Source: an uncultured bacterium
GTDB taxonomy: Bacteria > Krumholzibacteriota > Krumholzibacteriia > Krumholzibacteriales > WJIX01
NCBI GenBank assembly: GCA_964554125.1
Contig: CAZKNG010000004.1
Span: 672 to 64,671, forward strand
Length of the DNA stretch: 64,000 nucleotides
Direction: 5' to 3'
The notes beneath the pieces were generated by a model. It was not told the origin of the DNA, did no database searches, and saw only the letters and a program-made list of their open reading frames with translations. Below, piece after piece: positions 19,478-30,046 of this stretch. How positions within the stretch are numbered: position 1 is the stretch's first letter; every line of letters starts with the position of its first letter. Made by a program: the position numbers and the translations under genes.

Positions 19478-20821
19478 TCAGTGCTGTTCCTTAATGTCTG
19501 TCGTAGTGTCTTGTAATTTCTCCTTCAGAATCTCTTCTCCGGTTTCTTTTAAGTACTTAAATACCGTTTTCTCCTTAAAAAGGATGAACGGGAGTATAGC
19601 GCCGATTATGGCGGGCACGGTATAGGAATGTCCGAATATCGCCGCTGAAATAAGAATTGAAGCTATGGGAATATTTAATCCCGAAGCGAGTATCCCTGAT
19701 ATACAGGAGACGATAACCGCGTAATACGCGCTTGATCCCGGCTCGATACCTGATATGCTGCAGAGAAAAGCTCCGCATCCCGCTCCTGTAATAAGTATGG
19801 GAGCTGTAAGGCCTCCGCTCATTCCGCTTCCCACCGTCAGTGAAGTTACCGTAATCTTTAATATCACGAAACTGATGATGATAAGCGGTATGCCTCCGAA
19901 ATTAATAGTTAGTAAAGAGAGGTCCTCCAGACTGCCGCCGGCAAAAATTCGAAAAAGGAGCATTGATGTTCCAAGCACCTCTTTTGCTCCGGATAGCCAT
20001 AGGGCTGATACGGCTAAACACGAAATAAGTACCGGGAAAGGCTGTCTCGCGGATATATTTTGAAATAGATTTGAGCTCTTATCAAATATTGTTATAAACA
20101 ATAATCCTGTCGCGCTGCTTAATATTCCCGCGAGCGGCAGCAGCATTAAGATATAGAGATCGTTTGTGAATGAAATGGTGTGTACCCTGAAGACCGGTTC
20201 CATTCCGAGCGAATAAGAAGTGATTACGGCTATAGCACCCGCCAGGATCGAAGGGAAAAGGTTTGAATACTTAAGGGATCTTTTACTTAGTATCTCTACA
20301 GCAAAAAAAGCGCCGCCTATGGGAGAGAAAAATATCGCGCTGATAATACCGCTCATGCCGCATATTGCAGCCACGCGAAGCGTATCTTCGTACCTTATCT
20401 TTAGCACTGCCAGGACTTTTGAGTAGACCAGAGAGCTGATGCCGGCGCCAATTCTTGATAGCGGACCAACTATTCCTCCGCTTCCGCATAACCCCAGGGT
20501 CAGAAGAGTCGCGGGTATCTTAAGAAATGTGGCAGGTGCGTTGAATTTGCCCCCCTTTTGATTTATGGCTTTTATATAAGACGGGATTCCGTCATATCCG
20601 GCATCAGAGTTGTATTTCAGTATAAAAGCCCCTAAAATAAACGCTCCCGCTATGGGAAGCAAGAAACCCCGGAGGTTGTCCGCCCGGCCTGTATATCTTA
20701 CCGCAAATTCCAGGGTAAATGTAAAGATTCCAACGATTAAAGCTGAGCTGATTCCAGACAGGACTGACAGAATTATCATCCCGGAGAATTTGCCAATTTT
20801 GTTAAAGGAGGTTTTATTCAT
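19478..20821 (-). CDS. ClC-family voltage-gated chloride channel / H+-Cl- antiporter
   Basis: About 10-12 TM helices. ClC-like selectivity-filter blocks (GSGGIVGP, GGLTAP). Confidence 0.55.
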   Translation of the reverse strand: MNKTSFNKIGKFSGMIILSVLSGISSALIVGIFTFTLEFAVRYTGRADNLRGFLLPIAGAFILGAFILKYNSDAGYDGIPSYIKAINQKGGKFNAPATFLKIPATLLTLGLCGSGGIVGPLSRIGAGISSLVYSKVLAVLKIRYEDTLRVAAICGMSGIISAIFFSPIGGAFFAVEILSKRSLKYSNLFPSILAGAIAVITSYSLGMEPVFRVHTISFTNDLYILMLLPLAGILSSATGLLFITIFDKSSNLFQNISARQPFPVLISCLAVSALWLSGAKEVLGTSMLLFRIFAGGSLEDLSLLTINFGGIPLIIISFVILKITVTSLTVGSGMSGGLTAPILITGAGCGAFLCSISGIEPGSSAYYAVIVSCISGILASGLNIPIASILISAAIFGHSYTVPAIIGAILPFILFKEKTVFKYLKETGEEILKEKLQDTTTDIKEQH

Positions 20822-20843
20822 AGCTTGATAGTTCTTGGACTAT

Positions 20844-21941
20844 TTAAAACTTAAACGGTCGCCGGCGTTTTGTTTCCTCGATCAATCTTAACATCTCCTC
20901 CTCCACGCGTTTCATATTTACCTCCCACAGGCCGCGTTCTTTGATTCTGCTTATATTTATTTTACGCGCTTTCCGAGTAAAATTTCTATCTTTAACCGTT
21001 TTGACTACAGATTCCGCGAGTATGCGGGGGGAGCCGGCAGGTACTATCATTCCGTTTTCCCCATCCTCGATCCATTCCCTGTTTCCTTCAAGGTCGGTTA
21101 CGATAGGGGTCAAACCGCTAGCCATCGCTTCGAGCAGGGAAACGGAAGTGGAATCGGAAAGGGATGTTGATATATATATATCGCTTTTTCTAAGCTCCTC
21201 TGAGAGTTTTTCAGGGCTGAGTCTTCCCTTAAAGGTGAATTTTCCGCCTACCCCGAGGCTATCAACTTTTTTCTCGAGATTTTCACGTTCAGGTCCGTCC
21301 CCGCATATAATAAAGTAAGCGTTTATCTCTTTTAAAATTTTGGGGGAGGCTTCTATTAAGAGGTCTATATTGTATATACTATAAAGATTACGAGTGCTTA
21401 TTATCAATGTTTTACCGTTACCGGCTGATGGTTCGGTGTTTTCATCGGATGGATAGAAGAGATTCTTATCTATACCGAAGTATATTTTGAGGATATTTTT
21501 CTTCATAGCGCCTGCCTCAGCGGCAATTCTTGAAAGATCCTCAGAGTCAGCCGTGATTAAATCGGCTTTTCCAATCGAGTAATTGATCTGCAGTTTATGG
21601 ATGAAATGTTTTCTGTAATCCACGAGAAGGTCGGAACCGAGAGCTGATAAAACGAGGGGTCTGTAGCCGCATAAGGCCCCGATCAATCCGTATCCGGTTA
21701 TATAGAGTGAGTTGACAATATCGGGCCGGAACGCTCTGAGTCTTTTCTTTACTGCCCCAAGTGATGAGAGGTATCCGAGAAGATCTGTGGGCAGGTGTTT
21801 CCTCAGATCTATTACAGGCACGGGGGAATTTACTGTTTCTTCGAAGGATAGCAGAAGAACTTCGTGGCCCTGTCTCTGGAAGAACCCTCCCCAGCGTTTT
21901 ATATGATTAAGTGAGCCGTCTCCTAGAATAGCTAGCCGCAT
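20844..21941 (-). CDS. Glycosyltransferase family 4 (GT-B, group 1)
   Basis: C-terminal EAMASGLTPIVTD...GENG block typical of GT4. Confidence 0.7.
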   Translation of the reverse strand: MRLAILGDGSLNHIKRWGGFFQRQGHEVLLLSFEETVNSPVPVIDLRKHLPTDLLGYLSSLGAVKKRLRAFRPDIVNSLYITGYGLIGALCGYRPLVLSALGSDLLVDYRKHFIHKLQINYSIGKADLITADSEDLSRIAAEAGAMKKNILKIYFGIDKNLFYPSDENTEPSAGNGKTLIISTRNLYSIYNIDLLIEASPKILKEINAYFIICGDGPERENLEKKVDSLGVGGKFTFKGRLSPEKLSEELRKSDIYISTSLSDSTSVSLLEAMASGLTPIVTDLEGNREWIEDGENGMIVPAGSPRILAESVVKTVKDRNFTRKARKINISRIKERGLWEVNMKRVEEEMLRLIEETKRRRPFKF

Positions 21942-22123
21942 TTACTTTCCTTTCATCAGATATTATTAATATTTTACTGAAGGTTATAATTTATCAGGAT
22001 AAATGTATATATTTTTCCATTTTTTCTTTATATCCTGTTTCAGAGAAGATCAAAGATGTCAATTGTCATGAACGTCGGATATAGGTTAATTTTTAAGTAA
22101 AGGGACGCATCGCTTTAAATTGA

Positions 22124-22816
22124 ATGAACAGGGAAAACAATATGGAGAAACCCTTAAGGCTTATCGATATTTTCAACCTTCTTGATGACCGGTACGGCCC
22201 GAGAAACTGGTGGCCGGTTACCCCTCCGGGGAAGAGATGCCCCGAATACACGGGCGGCCCCGAGAACCCCGAACAGATATTCGAAGTTGCCGTCGGGGCT
22301 GTTCTTACGCAGAACACATCGTGGAAGAACGCCGCCCGCGCTGTTTGTAACCTTAACGAATCGGGCATTCTAAACCCTGAAGCTATTGTAAAGATGGATG
22401 AGAAGCGGCTCGGAAGAATCATTCGTCCCTCAGGCTATTACAATATGAAGGCGAAGAAACTCAAGGTGCTTGCCGGATACTTCATTCAGAATAATAATAT
22501 CAACCGTCAATCTCTTCTCGAGCTTTACGGAATAGGACCGGAAACAGCTGATTCCATTATGCTTTACGCTCTAAAAAAACCTTATTTTGTCGTCGACGCT
22601 TATACAAGAAGGTTGTTTGGAAGGATTGGTATTATAGAAGGAAACGGTTCCTATGAAGCTGTAAGGGGATATTTTGAAACGAATCTCCCCGATGACAGCC
22701 GGCTGTTCAATCAATTTCACGCTCTTATAGTAGAACATGCTAAATCCTTTTGCAGAAAAATCCCTCTTTGTTCGGATTGCCCCTTGAGGTCTTACTGCCG
22801 GCATCCTGAACAATAG
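22124..22816 (+). CDS. Endonuclease III-related HhH-GPD base-excision DNA glycosylase with [4Fe-4S] cluster
   Basis: HhH motif LYGIGPETAD. C-terminal Cys ligands (CSDCPLRSYC). Alternative start at 22142. Confidence 0.7.
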   Translation: MNRENNMEKPLRLIDIFNLLDDRYGPRNWWPVTPPGKRCPEYTGGPENPEQIFEVAVGAVLTQNTSWKNAARAVCNLNESGILNPEAIVKMDEKRLGRIIRPSGYYNMKAKKLKVLAGYFIQNNNINRQSLLELYGIGPETADSIMLYALKKPYFVVDAYTRRLFGRIGIIEGNGSYEAVRGYFETNLPDDSRLFNQFHALIVEHAKSFCRKIPLCSDCPLRSYCRHPEQ

Positions 22817-23260
22817 AGTTTGATTCAGATTAATAACCAGCTTGAAAATATTACCGGGGCACTGGAAATGAAATTGTCCTGGTTCCGCGTGTAAAATGCC
22901 TGTGAAGGTAGAGTTAAGCGTGGATGTAATTCTATCACCCACCCTGCGCGGACCCCTTCAATTCCGCAATATAACCCGATCAGCGGCCTGAATATATCCT
23001 GCTCATCCGCAGTGTGAACAATTCTTGCCCTGTAATTTATGTGTATAAATTATGACCGCGTATCAGAGAAACGCTGTTATATTATTATATAAAAGGGAGT
23101 TACCTGAATATTGTAAATACAGGCAAGGAGAAAGAAAGATCTCTAACTGCCCTTCGGCCTTAGCGTTACAGCTATATATAGCTTTCAGTTATCTTCTGTA
23201 AAGGATGACCGAAATTCTGGCAAATGGACAGAAATTTATCACCCGGAAGAGGTTTTCACG

Positions 23261-23578
23261 ATGAGCGATTTTCAAATCAAAGTAAGAGAGAAAGATAAGG
23301 GCAAGAGCTGCCTGGTAGTGCCGTCGGGCCGGCTCGATAGCCTAAGCGCGTTGGATATGGAAGATGAATTGACGAAGCTGATGAGAAGGAAATCAATAGA
23401 TCTGAAAATAGATATGAAGGATCTTTCGTTTATTTCCGAAGAGGGTATGGGATTGTTGCTGGGCATTCAGTCTTCACTGCGCAGCGAAGGCCGGTCTGTT
23501 GTTTTTATGAACGTTCCGGGTAAGATTGACGCGAAGATCAAGATGATCGGAGCCGGCAGCTATTTTGTGTGCGCGTGA
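23261..23578 (+). CDS. STAS-domain anti-sigma-factor antagonist-like protein
   Basis: 105 aa. SpoIIAA-like DLSFISEEGMG block with the phosphorylatable Ser position conserved. Confidence 0.65.
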   Translation: MSDFQIKVREKDKGKSCLVVPSGRLDSLSALDMEDELTKLMRRKSIDLKIDMKDLSFISEEGMGLLLGIQSSLRSEGRSVVFMNVPGKIDAKIKMIGAGSYFVCA

Positions 23579-23659
23579 GATGGCGCTCGGGAAGAGCAAT
23601 ACCTGTCAGAGAAAATTTTAAAGCAGGATGTATGACAGCGGTTTGAAAAAGGATTTCTG

Positions 23660-25093
23660 ATGAGTAAAGAAACGGAAGATAGAGGTTATAAAAACGCGGA
23701 TGCTCTTAACGAGCTCCGCGAGGAGCTCCGCGAATCTGATTATATGTTGAAAAGTGTTCTGGAATTGTCCGAAAAGCTTATTTCAACCCTTGATATAAAA
23801 AGGTTGGCGAGGCTTTTTGCGATGTCTATAGCGGGGAACCTGGGGGTTAACAGAGTTTCAGTTTTTGTTGCTTCTGCCGTCGGCGGGAGCCTCAGATCGA
23901 TCTATTCATTGGGAACGGGGTCAGATTTCGACCTCAAGTCAATAAATGTAAACAATCTTTTCATAAAATGGCTGAGAGAGGAGACCCCGCCCGTTCATAT
24001 TGACACTATCTATACGGGCAAATCTTCCGGGTTACTTGTAAAAGGAAAGTGGTTTGAGAAGATCGTAAAAAGCGGATTTGCCTATCTTTTTCCCCTGCAG
24101 TTCGATGGTAACCTGAAAGGATTGATATTTTTCAGTGGAAAGGTCAACGGAAAAGGCTTCGATAAAAATGACGGTGAACTTTTAAAGATTCTTATGAGGA
24201 TCGGTGCGGCCGCGGTTAAGAACGCGCTTGATTTTGAGTTACTTTCAAAATCCAGTGTTAAGAGGAATAGTTTCTCGGAAGTAAAGTCGGAATTGACAAG
24301 CCGCCGTTCATTCGAGCTGAACACACCTCTGACAGTACTGAAAAGCACATTGTGCTCGGTTGAGTCGGATGCGGTCAGTGAATCCCTTATGCTGGATATG
24401 GCCAGAGACGCGGTAAAACATCTTGAAAGCGGCATAAATGAACTGGCCAACATCGCGGAAATTGAATTTGATGGAACGGGTCTACAGTTTAGAATGACAG
24501 ACATTTCTACTATTGTGGAAGAATGTCTGAGGAATATCCTGCCGGAGATAGAAGAAAAGAGGATTTCGGTTACATTCGATGAAAAGGTGTTTCGTGAGGT
24601 AAGGGCAGATCGGTCCAAAATCAAAATCGCGGTGGAAGAGATAATCGGCAGCGCGGTTAAGTTTATGGCGGGCGGGGGAGATCTGAAAATCGCCTTATCT
24701 ATCTATCAGACAGGTCCGAATGAAATGGAGGGGATAGAATTAAGATATTACGACAGCGGTGATGCAGACGCTCTGCCGTTTGAAAAGGATATCGGCAGTA
24801 AAAATAAAACGGACGGTATAAGCGGTTTTCTTGAGAAGCAGTTGAGAGATATTACGGCCGGGGAGTGGATAGTTCTAAGGGTGAAGAACAGCGGAGGCGG
24901 AACTGAAGAGGAGAAAGTTGATGAGACGGTTAAACTTTCACCGAAGAGATCAAATTCCAGCGAGAGGAGAGTGGAGAGAATGGGCGCGGGGCTTTTTATT
25001 TCTCAAAAGATTATAGCGGAGCATGACGGAAAACTCTATTGCCGAGGCACCGAAGATGGAGGAACAGAATTTTCCGTCTGGCTGCCCGCTTAA
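23660..25093 (+). CDS. GAF - DHp-like - HATPase_c sensor kinase-like protein with phospho-acceptor His replaced (SFELNTPL)
   Basis: H-box reads RSFELNTPL, against the consensus SHELRTPL. C-terminal GHKL ATPase G-boxes (NSGGG, GAGLFIS) are present. Confidence 0.55.
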   Translation: MSKETEDRGYKNADALNELREELRESDYMLKSVLELSEKLISTLDIKRLARLFAMSIAGNLGVNRVSVFVASAVGGSLRSIYSLGTGSDFDLKSINVNNLFIKWLREETPPVHIDTIYTGKSSGLLVKGKWFEKIVKSGFAYLFPLQFDGNLKGLIFFSGKVNGKGFDKNDGELLKILMRIGAAAVKNALDFELLSKSSVKRNSFSEVKSELTSRRSFELNTPLTVLKSTLCSVESDAVSESLMLDMARDAVKHLESGINELANIAEIEFDGTGLQFRMTDISTIVEECLRNILPEIEEKRISVTFDEKVFREVRADRSKIKIAVEEIIGSAVKFMAGGGDLKIALSIYQTGPNEMEGIELRYYDSGDADALPFEKDIGSKNKTDGISGFLEKQLRDITAGEWIVLRVKNSGGGTEEEKVDETVKLSPKRSNSSERRVERMGAGLFISQKIIAEHDGKLYCRGTEDGGTEFSVWLPA

Positions 25094-25120
25094 ATCCTGT
25101 GTTTCTTTAAAGTTTTCAAG

Positions 25121-25771
25121 TTATTTCTTTTCTTCTTTTTTACCTTCTTCTTCTTTTTTACCTTCTTTTTCTTTTGAATCTATTCTACGCATCGATTTGA
25201 TAATAACCGGCTTAACGGGTACGTGCATTACACCCTTTTTCTTGGTTTCTACATATCTTATTTTTTTGATAACATCTTTCCCGTCTATAACTTTTCCAAA
25301 CACGGCGTATCCGAATTCATTTGGATTGTCGCTTCTGTGGTCGAGACTGGCAGTGTTATCCTTGAGATTAATAAAAAACTGACTCGTCGCGCTGTTCACA
25401 GCCCTCGTTCTTGCCATAGAGAGAGTATATTTGAGATTTTTAAGCCCGTTGTCAGCTTCGTTCTTTATCGGATCTCTTGTATATTTCTTTTTGTTATCTA
25501 TGCTATAGCCGCCTCCCTGGATAACAAAATCCTTTTCGACTCTGTGTATAAGGGTTTGGTCGTAGAATCCACTATCCACATAGGTTAAAAAGTTCTCGAC
25601 AGTTATAGGCGCCTTGTCGGGGTAAAGCATGATAGTAAATGATCCCTTATTGGTTTTCACGAGTACTCTCGGGTTGTCTTTCTTCCCCGCGGCCGCGTTG
25701 CCGGCAAAGAAAACACATGAAAAGAGGATAAGGCTAATTGACAGTAAGGCTGTAATCCCTCTTGAATTCAT
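25121..25771 (-). CDS. Cyclophilin-type peptidyl-prolyl isomerase, secreted, with Lys/Glu-rich C-terminal tail
   Basis: Signal peptide. Cyclophilin core (FHRV..., GGGYS). KEKEGKKEEEGKKEEKK tail. Confidence 0.75.
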   Translation of the reverse strand: MNSRGITALLSISLILFSCVFFAGNAAAGKKDNPRVLVKTNKGSFTIMLYPDKAPITVENFLTYVDSGFYDQTLIHRVEKDFVIQGGGYSIDNKKKYTRDPIKNEADNGLKNLKYTLSMARTRAVNSATSQFFINLKDNTASLDHRSDNPNEFGYAVFGKVIDGKDVIKKIRYVETKKKGVMHVPVKPVIIKSMRRIDSKEKEGKKEEEGKKEEKK

Positions 25772-26045
25772 ATTCAGATACCTCCCTTTAGTCTGTTAGA
25801 GCGGTTTACATTTCTCCATATAGTAATTTATCATTTTAAAAGAATAAAATCAAACAGGGGTACGATTTTATTGATTCCGCCCAAAGGAATATTTTTCCTT
25901 TTAACATTAAGGGCGGGTCTGATAATATGTGAATATTAAGAGGATCGCGCCGAATTGTATTTATCATATGATTACGGGGATTAAAGGCTGTTGATTATAG
26001 ACCTGCATTACTGGTGATAATATATTTTTTCAAAGGATCTTTTAG

Positions 26046-26930
26046 ATGAGTAGAAAGCTGTCTTTTGAACATGTTGACGTTTTTTCAAAAAAACCCTTCC
26101 GGGGCAACCAACTGGCTGTTTTCCGAAATCCCGGCAGACTTTCCCCGCAGAGGATGCTGTCGATCGCGAGGGAGATAAATTTCTCTGAAACTGTCTTTAT
26201 CTTTCCCTCGAAACTGGAAGATGCTGACGCGAAAGTGCGCATATTTACCCCCTCTGAGGAACTGCCGTTTGCCGGGCATCCGGTTCTCGGCGCCGCTGAT
26301 GTAATTCTAAGGCACAGGAAGGGAAGAAAGCCGTCAGAGCTTGTGCTTGAACTCCGCTCAGGGATGATAAAGGTCGATATTATTAAGAAGGGAAATTCGA
26401 AGCTCTTTTCCATGAATCAGCCGGTTCCGGAATTCGGAACAGCTGTTCAGAACAGAGGACAGGTTGCCAGAGGTCTCGGATTGAAGAGGTATGAGATCCT
26501 GGGGGGCGGGGTTGTTTCAAACGGCCTTTCTTTCCTGATGATAGAAGTGGAAGGGGAGGAAATTGTAAGCAGAGCGAAACTGAATCTCGAACAGGCTTCC
26601 AATGTGATTTCCAGGCACGGGGTATGCGGAATTTATCTGTTCGCGAGGATTAATGAAGGGGGAGAAAATATTCGCGCCCGTTTTTTCGCTCCGGGCTTAT
26701 CGGTGTGGGAAGACCCCGCGACCGGTTCTGCTGCCGGCGCCATGGGCGGATATCTGGCCAGACTCCTTAAGTTTCCCAATAAATTGTCCTTAAAGGTGCG
26801 GCAGGGGATTGAAATGGGCCGTCCCAGCGAGATCAAGGTTTTTGTCCGCTGCGAGAGGGGGATGGTTAAAAGTGTAAGTGTTACCGGGTCTGTTGTACTT
26901 GTTGGAAAAGGAACTCTTCAGGTTCCGTAG
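26046..26930 (+). CDS. PhzF-family isomerase
   Basis: DVFS..GNQLAV N-terminus. DAP-epimerase-like two-domain size. ETVF and ATGSAAGA motifs. Confidence 0.7.
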   Translation: MSRKLSFEHVDVFSKKPFRGNQLAVFRNPGRLSPQRMLSIAREINFSETVFIFPSKLEDADAKVRIFTPSEELPFAGHPVLGAADVILRHRKGRKPSELVLELRSGMIKVDIIKKGNSKLFSMNQPVPEFGTAVQNRGQVARGLGLKRYEILGGGVVSNGLSFLMIEVEGEEIVSRAKLNLEQASNVISRHGVCGIYLFARINEGGENIRARFFAPGLSVWEDPATGSAAGAMGGYLARLLKFPNKLSLKVRQGIEMGRPSEIKVFVRCERGMVKSVSVTGSVVLVGKGTLQVP

Positions 26931-27213
26931 ATTATCGCGGATTAATCGACAATTCACCCTTTTAAAATATTATATAAATTAAACTTGAAAATTTCTTCCG
27001 TTTAGTATACTATAGAAAGAAGTCGGGTTCAAATTAGAAATTACCGGGGAAGGTACTGAGAAGGCGGCCCGTGTGACCCTTTCATTGGTTCTCTTTTCCG
27101 GTATTTTATATCTTCCCTTAAAAGGCAAGCCCCCTGTAAAAACCCCTGGTAAAGATGCCGTCAGCCCCCAGCTGCCTTTTTGCGGGCGGAGTTTCCAACC
27201 ATCTGCCGGACTT

Positions 27214-29262
27214 TTACATTTTTAAGTATTCAGCGAACCATTTGTGTATCGTATTCCACCACAGCTCTGCGTTCAGAGGTTTCTGAACGAAGTGATCTTC
27301 GTCGGGGTAGAAGAGAAGTTTCGATTCCACACCCTGGCGCTGGAGAGCGGTGAAGAATTCAAGCCCCTGGGTGTATGGTACCCTGAAATCGTTTTCACCG
27401 TGAATAACAAGGCAGGGAGTCTTGAAATTCTCCGCGTATGTACTCGGTGAAAATTTTCTGTACATTTCGGGGTTTGTCCATGGAGTTCCTTTAAACTCCC
27501 ATTCGGGGAACCACAGCTCTTCGGTAGCTCCGTACATACTTGTCTGGTTGTAAACTCCGTCATGCGAGACCAGGCATTCAAATCTGTCGGTATGCCCCTC
27601 TATCCAGTTTATCATAAATCCGCCGTAGGAAGCGCCCGCGGCACCCACTCTGTTTGTGTCTATACAGGTGTAATTATTCAGCACGTAATCCGTGCCTTTC
27701 ATTATATCGACATATGGACGGCCGCCCCAGTCTCCGCTTATAGCACTGGTAAATTCCTGCCCGTAGCCGGTGCTTCCGGTGAAATTGAACATGGTTACAA
27801 TGTATCCCGGGGAGGCGAACATCTGAACATTCCATCTGTAATGGAATTCATCACCGAAAGCTCCCTGAGGCCCTCCGTGGATGAGAACTACCAGCGGATA
27901 TTTCTTTTCCTTGTCAAAGAAGGGCGGTTTTACAAGAAGGCCGTGTATCTCTTTTGATTCGGCCCCTTCAAACCAGAATTCTTCGGCCGGATTCATCTTC
28001 AGGTTACTTAGTAATTCTCCGTTTATATCGGTAAGCTGGGTTATTTCATCACCTTCTGTTGTCGCTCTATATAATTCGGTAGGGTGTGAAATATCCTGTC
28101 TTGAAATTATAATCTCTTTGCCGCCGGGAGTTATCCGCAGATTCGTATTGAATTTATCCGTGAGAATAAATTCCGCGTCGCCGCCGCCGGCGGAAACCCT
28201 GCCGATACAGATCCGGCCGTGTTTTTCGCTGTTGAAATATATATTTCTGCTATCCGGGGCCCATGTGAAATTTCCTATGCTGTAGTCGAAGTCTTCCGTC
28301 AGATTGCGGGCTTTACCGGTTTTCCTGTCATAGAGCATAAGCCTGTATCTGTCGGCTTCGAATCCCGGAGTAAACTGGGCGCGGTAAGCTATAAATTTTC
28401 CGTTCGGAGAGTAGCGCGGGTTATTGTCATTAGAGAGGTTTTCCTCTGTAATCGATTCGGGGGCGCCGCCCGGCAGGCTCATTATGTAAAGATCATTATT
28501 AGTCGAGGTGGCGATAACGGAATCCGGGTTCATAGTAAAACATATTTCTTTTCCATCGGGAGAAAAGGAATAATCTCTTTCGCCGCCCAGGGAGATAGGA
28601 GGCACATCAGTTTCCCCTTTATTTATTTCGGTAATCGCTGAACCTTCAGTGTCGGTTAGAAAGAGGTGGCTCCACCGCCCGTCTCTCCAGCTATTCCAGT
28701 GGCGGTACATAAGGCGGTCTATAACTCTCGCCTTTACCTTACCCTCTTTGGATTCCTCAAGTTTTTCCCTGTTGCATTCCATATCCGGGCATTCCGGGTA
28801 TACATTTGACGTAAAAGCAAGTGTGGCCCCGTCAGGCGACCACAGGGGCGCGGATACCCCTGTCGGGATATCGGTTACGCGGCGGACTTCACCTTCCTCT
28901 ATGGATAGAATCCATATTTGAGGTGTTTCTTCCCTGTCGGAGATGAAAGCTATTTTCTTTCCGTCGGGGGACCAGCAGGGCGCGTAGTCGTTGCTTTCGC
29001 TCCCGACAATTTTTTTCGGGAGGCCCCCGGCTACGGGAACACTGTAGATATCTTTACGGGACGAATTATCTTCCTTGTCGAACCAGGTCACGGTGAAGAT
29101 AACCGTTTCTCCATCGGGCGAGATCTCAAAATCTCCGATCCTTCCGAATGAAATGAGGTCATCGAAAGTTATAGCTCTTTTTTCCTTCCCGCTCAGCTGA
29201 GGGGATTGAACAAGTAGAAGACAGATAACCAGGCAAGCGGTGAATATAATACCCTGTTTCAT
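27214..29262 (-). CDS. S9-family serine peptidase with N-terminal TolB-like beta-propeller, secreted
   Basis: Repeated WSPDG propeller blades. Catalytic GASYGG. C-terminal HG..D triad. Start at MKQGII, which has an AGGGAGG ribosome-binding site. Confidence 0.75.
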   Translation of the reverse strand: MKQGIIFTACLVICLLLVQSPQLSGKEKRAITFDDLISFGRIGDFEISPDGETVIFTVTWFDKEDNSSRKDIYSVPVAGGLPKKIVGSESNDYAPCWSPDGKKIAFISDREETPQIWILSIEEGEVRRVTDIPTGVSAPLWSPDGATLAFTSNVYPECPDMECNREKLEESKEGKVKARVIDRLMYRHWNSWRDGRWSHLFLTDTEGSAITEINKGETDVPPISLGGERDYSFSPDGKEICFTMNPDSVIATSTNNDLYIMSLPGGAPESITEENLSNDNNPRYSPNGKFIAYRAQFTPGFEADRYRLMLYDRKTGKARNLTEDFDYSIGNFTWAPDSRNIYFNSEKHGRICIGRVSAGGGDAEFILTDKFNTNLRITPGGKEIIISRQDISHPTELYRATTEGDEITQLTDINGELLSNLKMNPAEEFWFEGAESKEIHGLLVKPPFFDKEKKYPLVVLIHGGPQGAFGDEFHYRWNVQMFASPGYIVTMFNFTGSTGYGQEFTSAISGDWGGRPYVDIMKGTDYVLNNYTCIDTNRVGAAGASYGGFMINWIEGHTDRFECLVSHDGVYNQTSMYGATEELWFPEWEFKGTPWTNPEMYRKFSPSTYAENFKTPCLVIHGENDFRVPYTQGLEFFTALQRQGVESKLLFYPDEDHFVQKPLNAELWWNTIHKWFAEYLKM

Positions 29263-29365
29263 TTTTAATCCTCCCTTTAGGTCAGTATTTTTAAATATCA
29301 GGTATAGAATATTGGCAGGTGAGATACCTGTCAAGATCTTTGCGGATTTTACTCCGGCCGCTTGA

Positions 29366-30046
29366 TTACTTCTTTTTCAGTATGATCCTCGCGTCAGCTA
29401 TCACACAATCCGGCCCCCGGCATATAACGGGGTTTAGATCTATAGATTCAATCTTTTCTTTAAGTTCCATAACCAATTCGGAGAATTTAACCAGCGTTGA
29501 GGATAATTTATCCGTATTTACAGGCCGGCTTCCCCTGAAACCTTCTATTAATTTTTTTGCTTTGAGATCACCTGTCATCGATTTAACATCCGTTTTACTG
29601 ACCGGGGCCATTCTTATGGAGGTATCGCCGTACAATTCCACTCCAACTCCTCCTATCCCCATTAGCACTACAGGTCCGAACTGCTCGTCTATCTTCGCCC
29701 CTATAATCAATTCGGTGCCCGATACCATCTTTTCCACAAAGAGACCCGCAAACCCATCCATCTTGCTGAAGCGGTTAAAGACAGTTTTTAATCTTTTATC
29801 ATTATCGATATTAACCTCAACACCTCCCACGTCTGATTTATGGATTATTTCAGGGGATACTACCTTTGCTACCACGGGATATCCCGTTTTATTCGCGAAA
29901 CGGGCCGCTTCCTCAGCGCTCGAGGCAAGTGTGTGCTCGGGTAAGTCAAAGCCTGATATTCTTAATATTCTCTTAGCATCCGGCTCGAGTACCCAGCCGT
30001 TCTTTTTGGAATTTTTCAGAATATCGAGGATTTCTCCGTTTACCAT
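29366..30046 (-). CDS. Acetate--CoA ligase [ADP-forming] / NDP-forming acyl-CoA synthetase, ATP-grasp beta part
   Basis: ATP-grasp_5-like sequence (DVGGVEVNI..., ESIDLNPV). Overlaps the alpha-subunit gene. Confidence 0.65.
   Translation of the reverse strand: MVNGEILDILKNSKKNGWVLEPDAKRILRISGFDLPEHTLASSAEEAARFANKTGYPVVAKVVSPEIIHKSDVGGVEVNIDNDKRLKTVFNRFSKMDGFAGLFVEKMVSGTELIIGAKIDEQFGPVVLMGIGGVGVELYGDTSIRMAPVSKTDVKSMTGDLKAKKLIEGFRGSRPVNTDKLSSTLVKFSELVMELKEKIESIDLNPVICRGPDCVIADARIILKKK

Noticed and set aside
22817-23260. Possible ncRNA in the 444-bp spacer between the endoIII-like gene and the STAS gene
   Set aside because: No convincing conserved stem-loop set, promoter or terminator. Only an overlapping antisense ORF.
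25121-25180. Short DNA repeat (ttttttaccttctt x2) at the 3' end of the cyclophilin gene
   Set aside because: It simply encodes the Lys/Glu-rich tail (KEEEGKKEEKK). It is not an independent repeat element.
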